Positions 1 to 11,232 of a stretch of 64,000 nucleotides of DNA are shown here, in pieces. The translations under genes and the position numbers were made by a program. The notes under the pieces are model-generated. The model searched no databases, had not been told where the DNA came from, and saw nothing but the letters and a program-made list of their open reading frames with translations. The stretch spans positions 992,001 through 1,056,000 of the forward strand of contig OZ219787.1 of NCBI GenBank assembly GCA_964291285.2, given 5' to 3'. The stretch comes from Alphaproteobacteria bacterium. Its GTDB lineage: Bacteria; Pseudomonadota; Alphaproteobacteria; Bin95. The stretch's first letter is position 1. Each line of letters opens with the position of its first letter.

Positions 1-223
1 CCGTGTCCACGAGGAGGTCGATCTTCATGTTGGGCCGGAGCTCGCCCTCCTGCACCGCCCTGATGTAGCGCGGCAGCATGCCGACGCCGTGGCTGTCATG
101 GCCGGTGAGGTTGGCATAGACGAGGTTGTCGGCGACATCGGCCGGCTCGTCCCCGGCGCTTCCGGCTGCGGCGCAGACGGCGCGCACGACGGCGCGCAGG
201 TTCTCATGGCGGATCGTGGGCAT
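1..223 (-). CDS. Ldh_2-family (malate/lactate/ureidoglycolate) dehydrogenase, N-terminal part; runs off the window edge
   Basis: Manual translation from ATG at 223: MPTIRHENLRAVVRAVCAAAGS...VADNLVYANLTGHDSHGVGMLPRY; the GHDSHG motif is typical of the Ldh_2 family. Not in the ORF track. Confidence 0.8.
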   Translation of the reverse strand, partial: MPTIRHENLRAVVRAVCAAAGSAGDEPADVADNLVYANLTGHDSHGVGMLPRYIRAVQEGELRPNMKIDLLVDT

Positions 224-239
224 GGAGGTCGGTCCGTTT

Positions 240-1334
240 CTATTCGGCGGCGGCGAGGCGTTCCGGGAAGAGCGACCCGAGGCCGTCGGGGGCGGCGAGG
301 CCGCGCTCGGTGATGAAGCCGGTCACGAGCCGCGCCGGGGTGACGTCGAAGGCGTAGTTGGCGGCGGGCGAACCCGGCGGGGTCACGGCGACGGCCGCGA
401 CATCGCCCGCTTCCGTTTGCCCCCAGACCTGCTGCACCTCACAGGCGTCGCGCTCCTCTATCGGGATCGAGGCGAGGCCGTCCGACACCGTCCAGTCGAT
501 GGTCGGGCCGGGCAGTGCGACATGAAACGGCACGCCGTTGTCATGGGCGGCCAGCGCCTTGGTATAGGTGCCGATCTTGTTGCAGACATCGCCGGTCGCG
601 GTCGTGCGGTCGGTGCCGACGATGCAGAGGTCCACCAGCCCGCGCTGCATGGCATGGCCGGCGGCATTGTCCACGATCACCGTGTGCGGCACGCCGTGCC
701 TGCCGAGCTCCCAGGCCGTGAGGTGCGCGCCCTGGTTGCGCGGCCGGGTCTCGTCCACCCAGACATGCACCTCGATGCCGGCGTCGTGGGCGCGGTAGAT
801 GGGGGCGAGCGCCGTGCCCCAATCGACGGTGGCGAGCCAGCCGGCATTGCAGTGGGTCAGGACGTTGATCCGGCCGTCCTTCTTTCCGGCCGCTGCGCGG
901 ATGAGGCCGAGCCCGTGTTCGCCGATGGCATAGTTGATCGCCACATCCTCGTCGCAGATTTCGCCTGCGCGTCCGAAGGCTGCTTCGGCGCGCTCCGCCG
1001 CTGGCAAGTGACGCACCCGCCGGACCACGTCGTCCAGCGCCCAGGCGAGGTTCGCCCCGGTCGGGCGGGTGGCGAGCAGGGTGCGCCGGGCGTCCTCGAG
1101 AGCGGCGTCGGAGGCGTCCCGGAAGAGCGCGAGCGCGAGGCCGTATGCCGCCGTCGCGCCGATCAGCGGCGCGCCGCGCACCAGCATGGCGCGAATGGCA
1201 TGGGCGGCGTCCTCAAGCGACTCCAGCCGGACGGTCTCGAAGCGGTGCGGCAGGCGGGTCTGGTCGATGATGCGCACGGCGCGGCCGTCCGCTTCCGGCC
1301 AGATGCTGCGATAGGCGGTGCCGTCGACCTTCAT
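240..1334 (-). CDS. mtnA: S-methyl-5-thioribose-1-phosphate isomerase
   Basis: Motifs [52 protein letters not shown]; adjacent to mtnP. Confidence 0.95.
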   Translation of the reverse strand: MKVDGTAYRSIWPEADGRAVRIIDQTRLPHRFETVRLESLEDAAHAIRAMLVRGAPLIGATAAYGLALALFRDASDAALEDARRTLLATRPTGANLAWALDDVVRRVRHLPAAERAEAAFGRAGEICDEDVAINYAIGEHGLGLIRAAAGKKDGRINVLTHCNAGWLATVDWGTALAPIYRAHDAGIEVHVWVDETRPRNQGAHLTAWELGRHGVPHTVIVDNAAGHAMQRGLVDLCIVGTDRTTATGDVCNKIGTYTKALAAHDNGVPFHVALPGPTIDWTVSDGLASIPIEERDACEVQQVWGQTEAGDVAAVAVTPPGSPAANYAFDVTPARLVTGFITERGLAAPDGLGSLFPERLAAAE

Positions 1335-2215
1335 GCGCCGCCGTTTAGCACTCTCCCCGCGACGGCGTCCAGCTTGGCTAGGAGCGCCGGATCGCGCTGT
1401 TCCGGCGCCGTAATCAGCGCATGGTCCAGCGCCGTGTGGCAGCCGGCGAAACAGGCCTCGCGGCGCTTCGCCAGCGCGGGCGCGGCGTGGCGGACGAGGC
1501 CCCGGCCGCGCTCGGCATTGTCGAGCAGCACGCGGATCACCGCCTCGACGGAGACATCCTCATGCTCGTCGTGCCAGCAGTCGTAGTCGGTGACCATGGC
1601 GACGGTGGCGTAGCAGAGCTCGGCCTCGCGCGCGAGCTTGGCCTCCGGCATGGCGGTCATGCCGATGACGGCGCAGCCCCAGCTGCGGTAGAGGGCGCTT
1701 TCGGCGCGGGTGGAGAATTGCGGCCCTTCCATCGCCAGGTAAGTGCCGCCGCGGTGCAGGGAGATGCCGGCGCCGGCGGCGGCTTCCTCCAGAATGCCGC
1801 CCAAACGCGGACAAACCGGGTCGGCCATGGAGACATGCGCCGCGCAGCCCTCGCCGAAGAAGCTCTTGGCGCGCGCGAAGGTGCGGTCGATGAACTGGTC
1901 CACCAGCACGAAGTCGCCGGGCGCGTGTTCCTCCTTCAGCGAGCCGACCGCCGAGAGCGACACGATCTCCGTTGCGCCCGACCGCTTCAGCGCGTCGATA
2001 TTGGCGCGGTTGTCGAGGTCGGTCGGGCTTATGCGGTGGCCCCGCCCGTGGCGCGGCAGAAAGCGCAACTCGGCCTCGCCCAGCCGAGCGTGGAGAATCT
2101 CGTCGGAAGGCCGACCCCAGGGACTCCCGACCGCAATCCAGCGCCTGTCGTCCAGCCCGTCGATATCGTAGAGGCCGCTGCCCCCGACGATCCCGATCAC
2201 GGGCGGCACGGTCAA
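1331..2215 (-). CDS. mtnP: S-methyl-5'-thioadenosine phosphorylase
   Basis: C-terminal part of ORF 1331..3031: [51 protein letters not shown]. Start is TTG 2215 (overlapping the petC stop) or GTG 2209. Confidence 0.93.
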   Translation of the reverse strand: MTVPPVIGIVGGSGLYDIDGLDDRRWIAVGSPWGRPSDEILHARLGEAELRFLPRHGRGHRISPTDLDNRANIDALKRSGATEIVSLSAVGSLKEEHAPGDFVLVDQFIDRTFARAKSFFGEGCAAHVSMADPVCPRLGGILEEAAAGAGISLHRGGTYLAMEGPQFSTRAESALYRSWGCAVIGMTAMPEAKLAREAELCYATVAMVTDYDCWHDEHEDVSVEAVIRVLLDNAERGRGLVRHAAPALAKRREACFAGCHTALDHALITAPEQRDPALLAKLDAVAGRVLNGGA

Positions 2216-2982
2216 TGCAGGTCTCTCCAGACCTTCCGCTTCAGCGCGTAGAGCAGGCCGGTCAGCACCAGCAGGAAGATGATGACCTTGACGCCCAGCC
2301 GGTGGCGGTCCTCGAGCTGCGGCTCGGCGGCGAACATCAGGAAATGCGAGACATCGACGGCCATCTGCTCGACCGTCGCCGGCGTCCCGTCGGCATATTC
2401 CACCAGGTCGTCGCTGAGCGGCGGCGCCATGGCGATCCGGTGGCCGGAAAAATACATGTTGTAGTTCTGGTTGTCGGCCATCTCCATGCCTTCCGGCGGG
2501 TCGGCATAGCCGGTCAGCACGGCGGCGATATAGTCCGGTCCCGCGGCCTGGTTCTTGGCGATCAGGCTGAGGTCGGGCGGCAGCGCGCCGCCGTTGGCGG
2601 CCTTGGCGGCATTGTCGTTCGGGAAGGGCGACACGAAGCGGTCCGAGAGCTTGCCCGGCCTCTCGAACATCTCGCCTTCCCCGTCCGGCCCGTCCTCGAT
2701 GAAGGCATTTGCCGCCTCGGCCTTCGCCGCGGCCTCGGACATGCCGATCTGCGTGAGGTTGCGGTAGAACATCAGCCGCATGCCGTGGCAGGCGGAGCAG
2801 ACCTCGCGATAGACCTGGTAGCCGCGCTGGAGGGCGGCGCGGTCGAACGTGCCGAAAACGCCGTGGAAGCTCCACTCCCGCTCCGGCGGCTGCGGGCCTC
2901 CCCCGGCCGCCGAAGCGGCGCCGGGCAGGACGGCGAGTCCGAGGGCGGCGGCGAGCGCGGCGCCGAGCAAACGGTTGCGCAT
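2212..2982 (-). CDS. petC: Cytochrome c1
   Basis: Signal peptide, LQRGYQVYREVCSACH heme motif, PPDLSLI, C-terminal membrane anchor. Confidence 0.96.
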   Translation of the reverse strand: MRNRLLGAALAAALGLAVLPGAASAAGGGPQPPEREWSFHGVFGTFDRAALQRGYQVYREVCSACHGMRLMFYRNLTQIGMSEAAAKAEAANAFIEDGPDGEGEMFERPGKLSDRFVSPFPNDNAAKAANGGALPPDLSLIAKNQAAGPDYIAAVLTGYADPPEGMEMADNQNYNMYFSGHRIAMAPPLSDDLVEYADGTPATVEQMAVDVSHFLMFAAEPQLEDRHRLGVKVIIFLLVLTGLLYALKRKVWRDLH

Positions 2983-4235
2983 CACGCTCTCTCCATCGCG
3001 CCGGCGCCGGTCGGGGGCGATGAACCTCCACCGAGCACCGGTTCCCCGATACTGAGCGGCAGCGGCCGCGGCCGCTCGAACACCGACAGCAGCGGCAGGA
3101 TCACGAAGAAATGCGCGAAATAGTAGATCGTCGCGAGGCGTCCGATATGGATGTACCAGCCTTCCGCCGGCTGCGACCCGATATAGCCGAGCACCAGGCA
3201 GTCGAGCACCAGCAGCCAGAAGACCTGCTTGTAGATCGGGCGGAAACGGGCGCTGCGCACCGGCGAGCGGTCCAGCCAGGGCAGGATGAACAGCACCGCG
3301 ATGGCCGCGAACATGGCGACGACGCCCAGCAGCTTGTCGGGAATGGCGCGCAGGATCGCGTAGAAGGGCAGGAAATACCATTCCGGCACGATATGCGCCG
3401 GCGTCACCAGCGGGTTCGCCGGCACGTAGTTGTCCGGATGGCCCAGATAGTCGGGCGCGAAGAACACGAACAGGCAGAAGACCGTCAGGAACGCGCCCAG
3501 CCCGAACATGTCCTTGACCGTGTAGTAGGGATGGAAGGGGATGCTGTCCTGCCTGCCGCGGGCCTCGATGCCGAGCGGGTTGTTGGAGCCGTGCGTGTGC
3601 AGCGCCACCACATGCAGCACCACCACGCCGACGATGACGAAGGGCAGCAGGTAGTGCAGCGAGTAGAAGCGGTTGAGCGTCGGGTTGTCCACCGCGAAGC
3701 CGCCCCAGAGCCAGCTCACGATATGCTCGCCGACCAGCGGGATCGCCGAGAACAGGTTGGTGATGACCGTGGCGCCCCAGAAGCTCATCTGACCCCAGGG
3801 CAGGACGTAACCCATGAAAGCCGTCGCCATCATCAGCAGCAGGATGACGACGCCGAGAATCCAGAGAATCTCGCGCGGCGACTTGTAGGAGCCGTAATAG
3901 AGCCCGCGGAAGATGTGGATATAGACGAGGATGAAGAAGAACGAGGCGCCGTTCATGTGGATGAACTGGATCAGCCATCCGAACGGCACGTCCCGGCGGA
4001 TTCGCTCCACGCTGTCGAACGCATGGTCCACATGCGGGGTGTAGTGCATCGCCAGCATGATGCCGGTGAGGATCATCACGATCAGCATGAAGCCGGCGAG
4101 CGAGCCGAAATTCCACCAGTAGTTCAGGTTCTTCGGTGTCGGATACTCATGCATCTCGTGGTGCATGAAGGTGAAGACCGGCAGCCGGTAGTCGATCCAG
4201 CGGACGATGGGGTTGTCGAACTTGGGCGCAGCCAT
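2982..4235 (-). CDS. petB: Cytochrome b of the bc1 complex
   Basis: [43 protein letters not shown] motif; start MAAPKFDN at 4235. Confidence 0.97.
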   Translation of the reverse strand: MAAPKFDNPIVRWIDYRLPVFTFMHHEMHEYPTPKNLNYWWNFGSLAGFMLIVMILTGIMLAMHYTPHVDHAFDSVERIRRDVPFGWLIQFIHMNGASFFFILVYIHIFRGLYYGSYKSPREILWILGVVILLLMMATAFMGYVLPWGQMSFWGATVITNLFSAIPLVGEHIVSWLWGGFAVDNPTLNRFYSLHYLLPFVIVGVVVLHVVALHTHGSNNPLGIEARGRQDSIPFHPYYTVKDMFGLGAFLTVFCLFVFFAPDYLGHPDNYVPANPLVTPAHIVPEWYFLPFYAILRAIPDKLLGVVAMFAAIAVLFILPWLDRSPVRSARFRPIYKQVFWLLVLDCLVLGYIGSQPAEGWYIHIGRLATIYYFAHFFVILPLLSVFERPRPLPLSIGEPVLGGGSSPPTGAGAMERA

Positions 4236-4240
4236 CGCAC

Positions 4241-4786
4241 TCAACCGATCAGGATGCGGGTGTCGTCGAGGAAGCGGTAGGGCGGCACCGGCAGGTTCTC
4301 CGGCGCCGGCCCCTTGCGGATGCGCCCGGAGGTGTCGTAGTGCGACCCGTGGCAGGGGCAGAACCAGCCGCCGTATTCGCCCTTCTCGTCGGTATCCTTC
4401 TGGCCGAGCGGAATGCAGCCGAGATGGGTGCACACGCCCACCAGGATCAGCCATTCGGCCTTCTGCACCCTGTCTGTATCGGCCATCGGATCGGGCAGGC
4501 TGTCGAGCGGCGTATCCTCGGCGTCCCTGATTTCGGCCTCGGTGCGCCGGCGCACGAATACGGGCTTCTTCTGCCAGACGACGGTGATCGACTGGCCGGG
4601 CTCGATGGCTTCCAGATCGACTTCGGTGGTCGAGAGCGCGAGCACGTCGGCCGCGGGATTCATGTTGTCGATCAACGCCCAGCCGGCCGCGGCCGCGCCC
4701 ACCGCGCCCATGCCGCCAGCCGCATATTCCAGAAAATCGCGGCGCGTGACGCCGTCGCCGCCCGCCCCGTCCGCCGTTGCCGCCAT
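4241..4786 (-). CDS. petA: Rieske iron-sulfur subunit of the bc1 complex
   Basis: Tat motif TRRDFL; Rieske boxes CTHLGC and CPCHGS. Confidence 0.97.
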   Translation of the reverse strand: MAATADGAGGDGVTRRDFLEYAAGGMGAVGAAAAGWALIDNMNPAADVLALSTTEVDLEAIEPGQSITVVWQKKPVFVRRRTEAEIRDAEDTPLDSLPDPMADTDRVQKAEWLILVGVCTHLGCIPLGQKDTDEKGEYGGWFCPCHGSHYDTSGRIRKGPAPENLPVPPYRFLDDTRILIG

Positions 4787-4975
4787 GTACGGAAACTCCT
4801 CCGCGCCTCCGGACACCGGGCGCTTGCCGCATAGCCCGTTCGAGTATGTCTTGCGGCCCCCGCGCCGCTATGCGACCCGATGCCGCGTAAATGGCCTCGC
4901 CCGCGCATAATCGTTCATTTGCAGGCGGATATGCCGCACATTGCGGGCCGGATCCGCCGCAGGGGAGGCCCGGTC

Positions 4976-5806
4976 GTGACGGACGCATCCGAACCGCGCC
5001 GGACGAGGGCGCGGCTCTGGTTCGAGGAACTGCGCGACGCCTTCTGCGCCGCCTTCGAGGCGCTGGAGCCGGGCGGCGCGCGCTTCGAACGCCGGGCCTG
5101 GGAGCGGCCGGGCGGCGGCGGCGGCGTCATGTCCGTGATGAAGGGCGAGGTATTCGAGAAGGTCGGCGTCAATGTCTCGACCGTGCACGGCGCCTTCCCG
5201 GACGAGTTCCGGGCGCAGATACCGGGCGCGGCGGAAGACCCGCGCTTCTGGGCCTCCGGCATCTCGCTGGTCGCGCATATGGCCTCGCCCTTCGTGCCGG
5301 CCATGCACATGAACACCCGCCATATCGAGACGACCCGGGCCTGGTTCGGCGGCGGGGCGGACCTCACGCCCATGTTCCCCGAGCGCGCGGCAGAGGAAGG
5401 GCACGCTTTCCACGCCGCGCTCGAAGATGCCTGCAACCGCCACGACGCGGATTATTACCCGCGCTTCAGGGCCTGGTGCGACGAGTATTTTCATCTGCCC
5501 CACCGGAACGAGCCGCGCGGACTCGGCGGCATCTTCTTCGACAATCTGGCGAGCGGCGACTGGGAAGCGGATTTCGCCTTCGTGCAGGATGTCGGGCGCG
5601 CCGTGCTGGAGGTCTATCCCCGGATCGTCGGCATGCGGGTGAGCGAGCCCTGGACCGAGGCCGACCGTATGCACCAGCTCCGCCGGCGCGGGCGCTATGT
5701 GGAGTTCAACCTGCTCCATGACCGGGGCACCCGCTTCGGCCTGATGACCGGCGGCAATATCGACGCCATCCTGATGTCTCTGCCGCCGCTCGCCGCCTGG
5801 GATTGA
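4976..5806 (+). CDS. hemF: Oxygen-dependent coproporphyrinogen III oxidase
   Basis: [47 protein letters not shown]; GTG start at 4976 after GGAGG. Confidence 0.95.
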   Translation: MTDASEPRRTRARLWFEELRDAFCAAFEALEPGGARFERRAWERPGGGGGVMSVMKGEVFEKVGVNVSTVHGAFPDEFRAQIPGAAEDPRFWASGISLVAHMASPFVPAMHMNTRHIETTRAWFGGGADLTPMFPERAAEEGHAFHAALEDACNRHDADYYPRFRAWCDEYFHLPHRNEPRGLGGIFFDNLASGDWEADFAFVQDVGRAVLEVYPRIVGMRVSEPWTEADRMHQLRRRGRYVEFNLLHDRGTRFGLMTGGNIDAILMSLPPLAAWD

Positions 5807-5916
5807 GCCGGATACAGACGGTGACGCTGGCGGGAAATCCGGGTTAAGGTTTCACCAGTCGAACTCCGCGCGCTCCCGTCCCATGCGCCCGCGGCTGACG
5901 ATAAAGGGAGACCACC

Positions 5917-6936
5917 ATGCTGAAACGTATCGCGACCTTGCTCACCGCCTGCCTCGCGGGGGCCCTGGCAGCGGCGCCTTCGGGGGCCGAGACGGTCCTC
6001 AAGATTTCCAGCTGGGCCCCGCCGACCCACCCCATGAACTCGGTCGTGTGGCCGACATGGGGGAAATGGGTCAGCGAGGCGACGGAAGGCCGGGTGACAA
6101 CCAAGATCGAATACAAGCTGGCGTCGCCGCTCAACCAGTTCGCGCTGGTGCGCGACGGCATTGCGGACGCCGCCTGGATCTTCCACGGCTACAACACGCG
6201 CTATGTGGCCTCGCAGGTCGTCGAGATGCCGGACCTCGGCACCAGCGCCGAGGCCGCCAGCGTCGCCTACTGGAAGGTGCACGAGAAATACCTCCACAAG
6301 GCCAATGAACACCGCGGCACCGTGCTGATCGGGCTGATGTCGCACGGCCCGGCGGTCATTCAGACGAAGAAGCCCCTGACGGCGCTTGCGGACCTCGAGG
6401 GCATGAAGATCCGGGTCCCCGGCGGCGTCGGCAGCCTGGCCGGCAAGGCTCTCGGCGTCACGGCGGTGAAGCTGCCCGCGCCCAAGGTCTACGAGGCTTT
6501 GTCGTCCGGCGTCGCAGACGGCATCTTCATGCCGATAGAGACCCAGAAATCTTTCCGCCTGAAAGAGGTCGTCCCGCATGTGACGATAATGCCGGGCGGG
6601 CTCTATTACGGCAGTTTTGCGCTCCTCATGAGCCCCGCCGCGCTGGAAGGGATGTCCGAGGCCGACCGGAAGGCGGTGATGAGCGTTTCGGGCCTCAGGC
6701 TGTCGCAGTTCGCCGGCACCCAGTGGGATGCCGCCGACGAGGCCGGCCTGGCGGCGGCGAAGGAGGCGGGCACCACGATCCAGGAAGCGAGCCCGGCCAT
6801 GAAGGAGGACTATCTCGCCCTCATGAAGCCGGTGGAAGAAGCCTGGATCGAGCGTGCGGGCAAGGACGGCTACGACGCCCGGGCCGCGCTCGCGGACCTC
6901 CGCCGGATCGCCCGCGAATATGACAAGGCGCGGTGA
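5917..6936 (+). CDS. TRAP transporter substrate-binding protein (DctP family)
   Basis: Signal peptide, DLEGMKIRV, VYEALSSGVADG; first gene of a P-Q-M triplet. Confidence 0.9.
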   Translation: MLKRIATLLTACLAGALAAAPSGAETVLKISSWAPPTHPMNSVVWPTWGKWVSEATEGRVTTKIEYKLASPLNQFALVRDGIADAAWIFHGYNTRYVASQVVEMPDLGTSAEAASVAYWKVHEKYLHKANEHRGTVLIGLMSHGPAVIQTKKPLTALADLEGMKIRVPGGVGSLAGKALGVTAVKLPAPKVYEALSSGVADGIFMPIETQKSFRLKEVVPHVTIMPGGLYYGSFALLMSPAALEGMSEADRKAVMSVSGLRLSQFAGTQWDAADEAGLAAAKEAGTTIQEASPAMKEDYLALMKPVEEAWIERAGKDGYDARAALADLRRIAREYDKAR

Positions 6937-7493
6937 GCGACCCGGACCGGCCTGACGGAACGCCTCCTTCGGGACGGCGCGGCCGCAATCGGCTGATCGC
7001 CGTCCCGGAAGGGGCGTCCGCGCTCGTGCTGTTCGCGTTGATGGCGATGACCTGCATCGACGTCATCGGGCGCGAACTCTTCGGGACCCCTCTCGACGGA
7101 GCGACCGAGCTGACGCAGCTCATGCTGGGCGTCATCGTGTTCGCCATCCTTCCCTCGGTGTGCCTCCGCGAGGAGCATGTCTCCGTCGATCTCATCGATC
7201 TCTGGTTCCCCGGGCGGCTGGTCCCGCTGCGCCAGGCGGTGCTGAACGCGGTCATGGCGGTCGCGCTCGGCTTCGTGGCCTGGCGGGTCTGGATCATTGC
7301 CGGCCTGACTGCCGATTACGGCGACGCGACCGAGTTCCTCGAAATCAGGCTGGCGCCGATCAACTACTTCATCGCCGTGCTCAGCGGCTGCGGCGCGGCG
7401 GCGTTTGTCGTCAACACTGTCCGCCACGCGCGGGCGGCGCTTTCGACATCCGCCGCCGCGAACGATGCGCCGGACGGCGGCGGAACCGCCTGA
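6933..7493 (+). CDS. TRAP transporter small permease (DctQ)
   Basis: About 4 TM segments, DVIGR and EHVSVDL motifs; overlaps the dctP stop. Confidence 0.88.
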   Translation: MSDPDRPDGTPPSGRRGRNRLIAVPEGASALVLFALMAMTCIDVIGRELFGTPLDGATELTQLMLGVIVFAILPSVCLREEHVSVDLIDLWFPGRLVPLRQAVLNAVMAVALGFVAWRVWIIAGLTADYGDATEFLEIRLAPINYFIAVLSGCGAAAFVVNTVRHARAALSTSAAANDAPDGGGTA

Positions 7494-7514
7494 CCGGATA
7501 GCGGTTCGGGGACC

Positions 7515-8831
7515 ATGGACGTCGTTTTCATCGGCTTTGCAGCACTTCTCGTTCTGGTGTTCCTCAGAATGCCGATCGCGTTCGCGATGGGCCTGGTGGG
7601 CTTTGCCGGCTTCGGCTATCTGACGGGATGGAAGCCGTCGCTCTCGATGGTCGGCACGCTGGTTTCAGAAACGGCGCTTTCCTACGGCCTGTCGGTGGTG
7701 CCGCTGTTCATCCTGATGGGCAATCTCGTATCGCGGGCGGGGCTCTCCGGCGAGCTCTACGCCGCCTCCCACGCCTTTCTCGGCGACAGGCGCGGAGGAT
7801 TGTCGATGGCGACGATCGTCGCCTGCGGCGGCTTCTCGGCGATCTGCGGCTCGAGCCTCGCGACGGCGGCGACGATGTCCAAGGTGGCCATGCCGCCGAT
7901 GCGCCGCTACGGATATTCGGACAGCCTCGCTTCAGCCTCGATCGCCGCCGGGGGCACGCTCGGCATCCTGATCCCGCCCAGCGTGATTCTCGTGATCTAC
8001 GGGCTGATGACGGAGACCAGCATCCGCGAACTGTTCGCCGCCGGCTTCATTCCCGGCCTCGTCGGGGTGCTGTTCTATCTCGGGGCCGTGCAGTGGGTGG
8101 TCTGGCGGCGCCCCGAGGAGGGACCGAGAGCCGAGCGCACCCCGTGGCGGGGACGCCTGGCGGCGCTCGGCGGCGTCTGGGGCACGCTGCTGCTGTTCGT
8201 GCTGGTGATGGGCGGGATTTACGGCGGGCTGTTCACCCCGACGGAGGCCGCCGGCATCGGGGCCGGCGGCGCCTTCATCATCGCGCTCGCCCGGGGCGCG
8301 CTCACCTGGCGCTCGCTGCTCGAAGTGCTGACCGACAGCGCGCGCACCACGGCGATGCTGTTCACCGTGCTGATCGGCGCTCTGATCTTCTCGAACTTCG
8401 TCAACCGGGCCGGGCTGCCGGCCGGTCTGCTCTCGCTGGTTACGGGTTACGATCTGCCGCCGCTGGTGGTGATCGCGATCATCCTGGCGATTTATCTCGT
8501 GCTCGGCTGCGTCTTCGAGAGCCTGTCGATGCTGCTGCTGACGATCCCGATCTTTTTCCCGGTGGTACAGGGGCTCGGCTATGCGGGGCTGGACGCGGAG
8601 GCAATTCTGGTCTGGTTCGGCATCATTGCCGTCGTGGTCACCGAAATCAGCCTGATAACGCCGCCGGTCGGCCTCAATGTCTTCGTGCTCTCGGGCGTCC
8701 TCAAGGACGTCAAGACGAGCACGGTATTCAAGGGTGTGACGCCGTTCTGGTGCGCCGACATCGGGCGCCTTGCGCTCCTGGTCGCATTCCCCGCGCTTTC
8801 GCTCGCCCTGCCGCGGCTGTTCTACGGCTGA
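7515..8831 (+). CDS. TRAP transporter large permease (DctM)
   Basis: VPLFILMG, GGTLGILIPPS, FTPTEAAG, ITPPVGLN motifs. Confidence 0.93.
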   Translation: MDVVFIGFAALLVLVFLRMPIAFAMGLVGFAGFGYLTGWKPSLSMVGTLVSETALSYGLSVVPLFILMGNLVSRAGLSGELYAASHAFLGDRRGGLSMATIVACGGFSAICGSSLATAATMSKVAMPPMRRYGYSDSLASASIAAGGTLGILIPPSVILVIYGLMTETSIRELFAAGFIPGLVGVLFYLGAVQWVVWRRPEEGPRAERTPWRGRLAALGGVWGTLLLFVLVMGGIYGGLFTPTEAAGIGAGGAFIIALARGALTWRSLLEVLTDSARTTAMLFTVLIGALIFSNFVNRAGLPAGLLSLVTGYDLPPLVVIAIILAIYLVLGCVFESLSMLLLTIPIFFPVVQGLGYAGLDAEAILVWFGIIAVVVTEISLITPPVGLNVFVLSGVLKDVKTSTVFKGVTPFWCADIGRLALLVAFPALSLALPRLFYG

Positions 8832-8847
8832 GCGGGGTCCGGCCCGG

Positions 8848-9723
8848 TCAGGCGGCGGCGCGCTCCGCCTCGGGCCGCCAGGCCGGCAGGGGCGCGCCCT
8901 CCACGGTGACGCGGTGCATGAGGCGGCGGTGGCCGGCATAGTCGTTGAGCGCGCAGTGCCAGGTCGCGCGGTTGTCCCAGAAGACCACCGTGCCCGGCTC
9001 GAAGCGCACCCGGCAGGTGAATTCCGGGCGGCTCCCGTGCTCGTAGAGCATCTGCAGCAGCGGGCGGCTCTCCTCGACCGTCCAGCCGTCGAAGCCGATG
9101 GTGAAGCCGCGGTTCACATAGAGGGAGGGCCGGCCGCTCACCGGATGGCGGATGACGACCGGATGGACGGCGTCCTGCGTTGCAGCCTCATTGTTGCCGA
9201 GCCGCCCGGCGAGATCGCTGCCGTCCGTCACATAGTAGGCGCGCGTCCCGAAGACATGGCGGCTCGAATGCACGGCCTTCATGCCCAAAAGCATCACCTT
9301 CAGCCCGTCCGAGAGGGCGTCGTATGCGGCATACATGCTGGAGAACAGCGTGTCGCCGCCGAAGGGCGGTAATTCGCGCGCGACCAGGATCGATCCGAGC
9401 GCCGGCTCGATGTCGTAGGTGTGGTCGGTGTGCCACTCGCCGCCGATATTCGCCTTCTGCTCGGGCTCCTTGCGCACCTCGGCGATACCCGGCCAGCCGT
9501 CCACCGCCTTGAAGAAGCGGTTGATGTTGACGCCGCCGAACGCCTCGCCCATCGCAAGGTGGCCCTCAGGCGAGACCGTCTGTCCGCGAAACACCAGCAC
9601 GCCGTATTCGCCGAGCCCGGCCTGCAGCGCTTCCACGCGCTCCGGGGTCAGCTCCCGCTCCAGGTCGATGCCCGAGACCTCCGCGCCGCACGCGCCCGAA
9701 ATCGGGGTGAAATCCATTGTCAC
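8848..9723 (-). CDS. TauD/TfdA-family 2-oxoglutarate/Fe(II) dioxygenase
   Basis: WHTD, GGDTLF, HPVVIRHP, FWDNRATWH motifs. Confidence 0.92.
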   Translation of the reverse strand: MTMDFTPISGACGAEVSGIDLERELTPERVEALQAGLGEYGVLVFRGQTVSPEGHLAMGEAFGGVNINRFFKAVDGWPGIAEVRKEPEQKANIGGEWHTDHTYDIEPALGSILVARELPPFGGDTLFSSMYAAYDALSDGLKVMLLGMKAVHSSRHVFGTRAYYVTDGSDLAGRLGNNEAATQDAVHPVVIRHPVSGRPSLYVNRGFTIGFDGWTVEESRPLLQMLYEHGSRPEFTCRVRFEPGTVVFWDNRATWHCALNDYAGHRRLMHRVTVEGAPLPAWRPEAERAAA

Positions 9724-9780
9724 GCCTCCCCTGTTCTGCGAGCAATATAGCGCGCCGGGAGAAAACGGGGGAGAGCCGGA

Positions 9781-11232
9781 ATGACCGAGACCGCCTTCAA
9801 GTCCGCAACCGAGCTTGCTGCCATGATCCGCAAGCGGGAGATCGGGGCGGAGGAATTACTCGACCTCTACTTCGCGCGCGTCGACGAACACAACCCGACC
9901 CTGAATGCGGTCATCTGGGAGGATCGCGAGGGCGCGCGCGAGACAGCGCGCGCCGCCGACCGCGAAACCGTCCGGGGCGGAGACCTGCCGCCGCTCCACG
10001 GCGTGCCGATGACGATCAAGGAGAGCTACGACCTGGCCGGCTCCCCGACGACCTGGGGCGATCCCGAGTTCCGCGACAATATCGCGGAGACGGACAGCGT
10101 GTCGGTGCAGCGGTTGAAGGCCGCCGGCGTCAACCTGTTCGGCAAGACCAACGTGCCGCTCATGCTGGCCGACTGGCAGAGCTATAACGACATTTACGGC
10201 GTCACCAACAATCCCTGGGACCTCGGGCGGACGCCGGGCGGCTCCTCCGGCGGGTCCGGCGCGGCGTTGGCGGCCGGCATGACCGGCATCGAGGCCGGGA
10301 GCGACATCGGCGCCTCGATCCGCAACCCCGCGCATTATTGCGGCGTGTTCGGCCACAAGCCGAGTTGGGGCCTCTGCCCGCCCCGGGGACATGCGCTGCC
10401 CGGCGTGCTGGCGCAGTCCGACATTTCCGCGGTCGGGCCGCTGGCGCGCTCTGCGGACGACCTGGAGGTGGCGCTCGACGCCATGGCGGGACCGGACGAG
10501 ATGGAGGCGGCGGGCTACCGGCTCGACCTGCCGGAGCCGCGTACTGCCGGCTTCGAGGGCCTGCGCGTCGCCGTCATGCTGGAGGCCGAGCCGTCCGAGA
10601 TCGATTCGGTCTATGGCGACCTGCTGCAGGACCTCGTGGACCGCATCGCCGCCACCGGCGCGGTCGTGAGCGACACAGCGCGGCCCGAGATCGACATGAA
10701 CGCGCTCCACGAGAATTATGTCCTGCTGCTGCGGGCCGCGACCAGCGCCCGCCAGCCGGAACCCGTGCTGCGCGAGCATGAGGACGCCGTGAAGCGGCTC
10801 GGCGCGGACGACCCGAGCTATTACGCCCGCATGGCGCGCGGCAACACCATGCGGCATCGGGAGTGGCTGGCGTTCCGCGAGCAGCGCGAGCGTTTCCGCT
10901 GGGCCTGGCACCGCTTCTTCCGGGACTGGGACGTGCTGCTCTGCCCTGTCGCGGCCTCGACTGCCTTTCCGCACGACCATGAGGGCGAGCGCTACCAGCG
11001 CACGGTCCGGGTCAACAACCGCGAGGTGGCGACGACCGACCAGCTTTTCTGGGCAGGCTTCAACGGCGTCTGTTACCTGCCCGGCGCCGTGGCCCCGGCC
11101 GGCATCGCAAGCGACGGCCTGCCCGGCGGCGTCCAGATCGTCGGCCCCTATCTCGGCGACCGGGCCTGCATCCACACCGCCCGCCTGATCGAACGCCATT
11201 TCGGCGGCTTCCAGCCCCCGCCGGGCTATTGA
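9781..11232 (+). CDS. Amidase-signature family amidase
   Basis: GVPMTIKES, TPGGSSGGSGAALAAG, GSDIGASIRNPAHYCG. Confidence 0.93.
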   Translation: MTETAFKSATELAAMIRKREIGAEELLDLYFARVDEHNPTLNAVIWEDREGARETARAADRETVRGGDLPPLHGVPMTIKESYDLAGSPTTWGDPEFRDNIAETDSVSVQRLKAAGVNLFGKTNVPLMLADWQSYNDIYGVTNNPWDLGRTPGGSSGGSGAALAAGMTGIEAGSDIGASIRNPAHYCGVFGHKPSWGLCPPRGHALPGVLAQSDISAVGPLARSADDLEVALDAMAGPDEMEAAGYRLDLPEPRTAGFEGLRVAVMLEAEPSEIDSVYGDLLQDLVDRIAATGAVVSDTARPEIDMNALHENYVLLLRAATSARQPEPVLREHEDAVKRLGADDPSYYARMARGNTMRHREWLAFREQRERFRWAWHRFFRDWDVLLCPVAASTAFPHDHEGERYQRTVRVNNREVATTDQLFWAGFNGVCYLPGAVAPAGIASDGLPGGVQIVGPYLGDRACIHTARLIERHFGGFQPPPGY

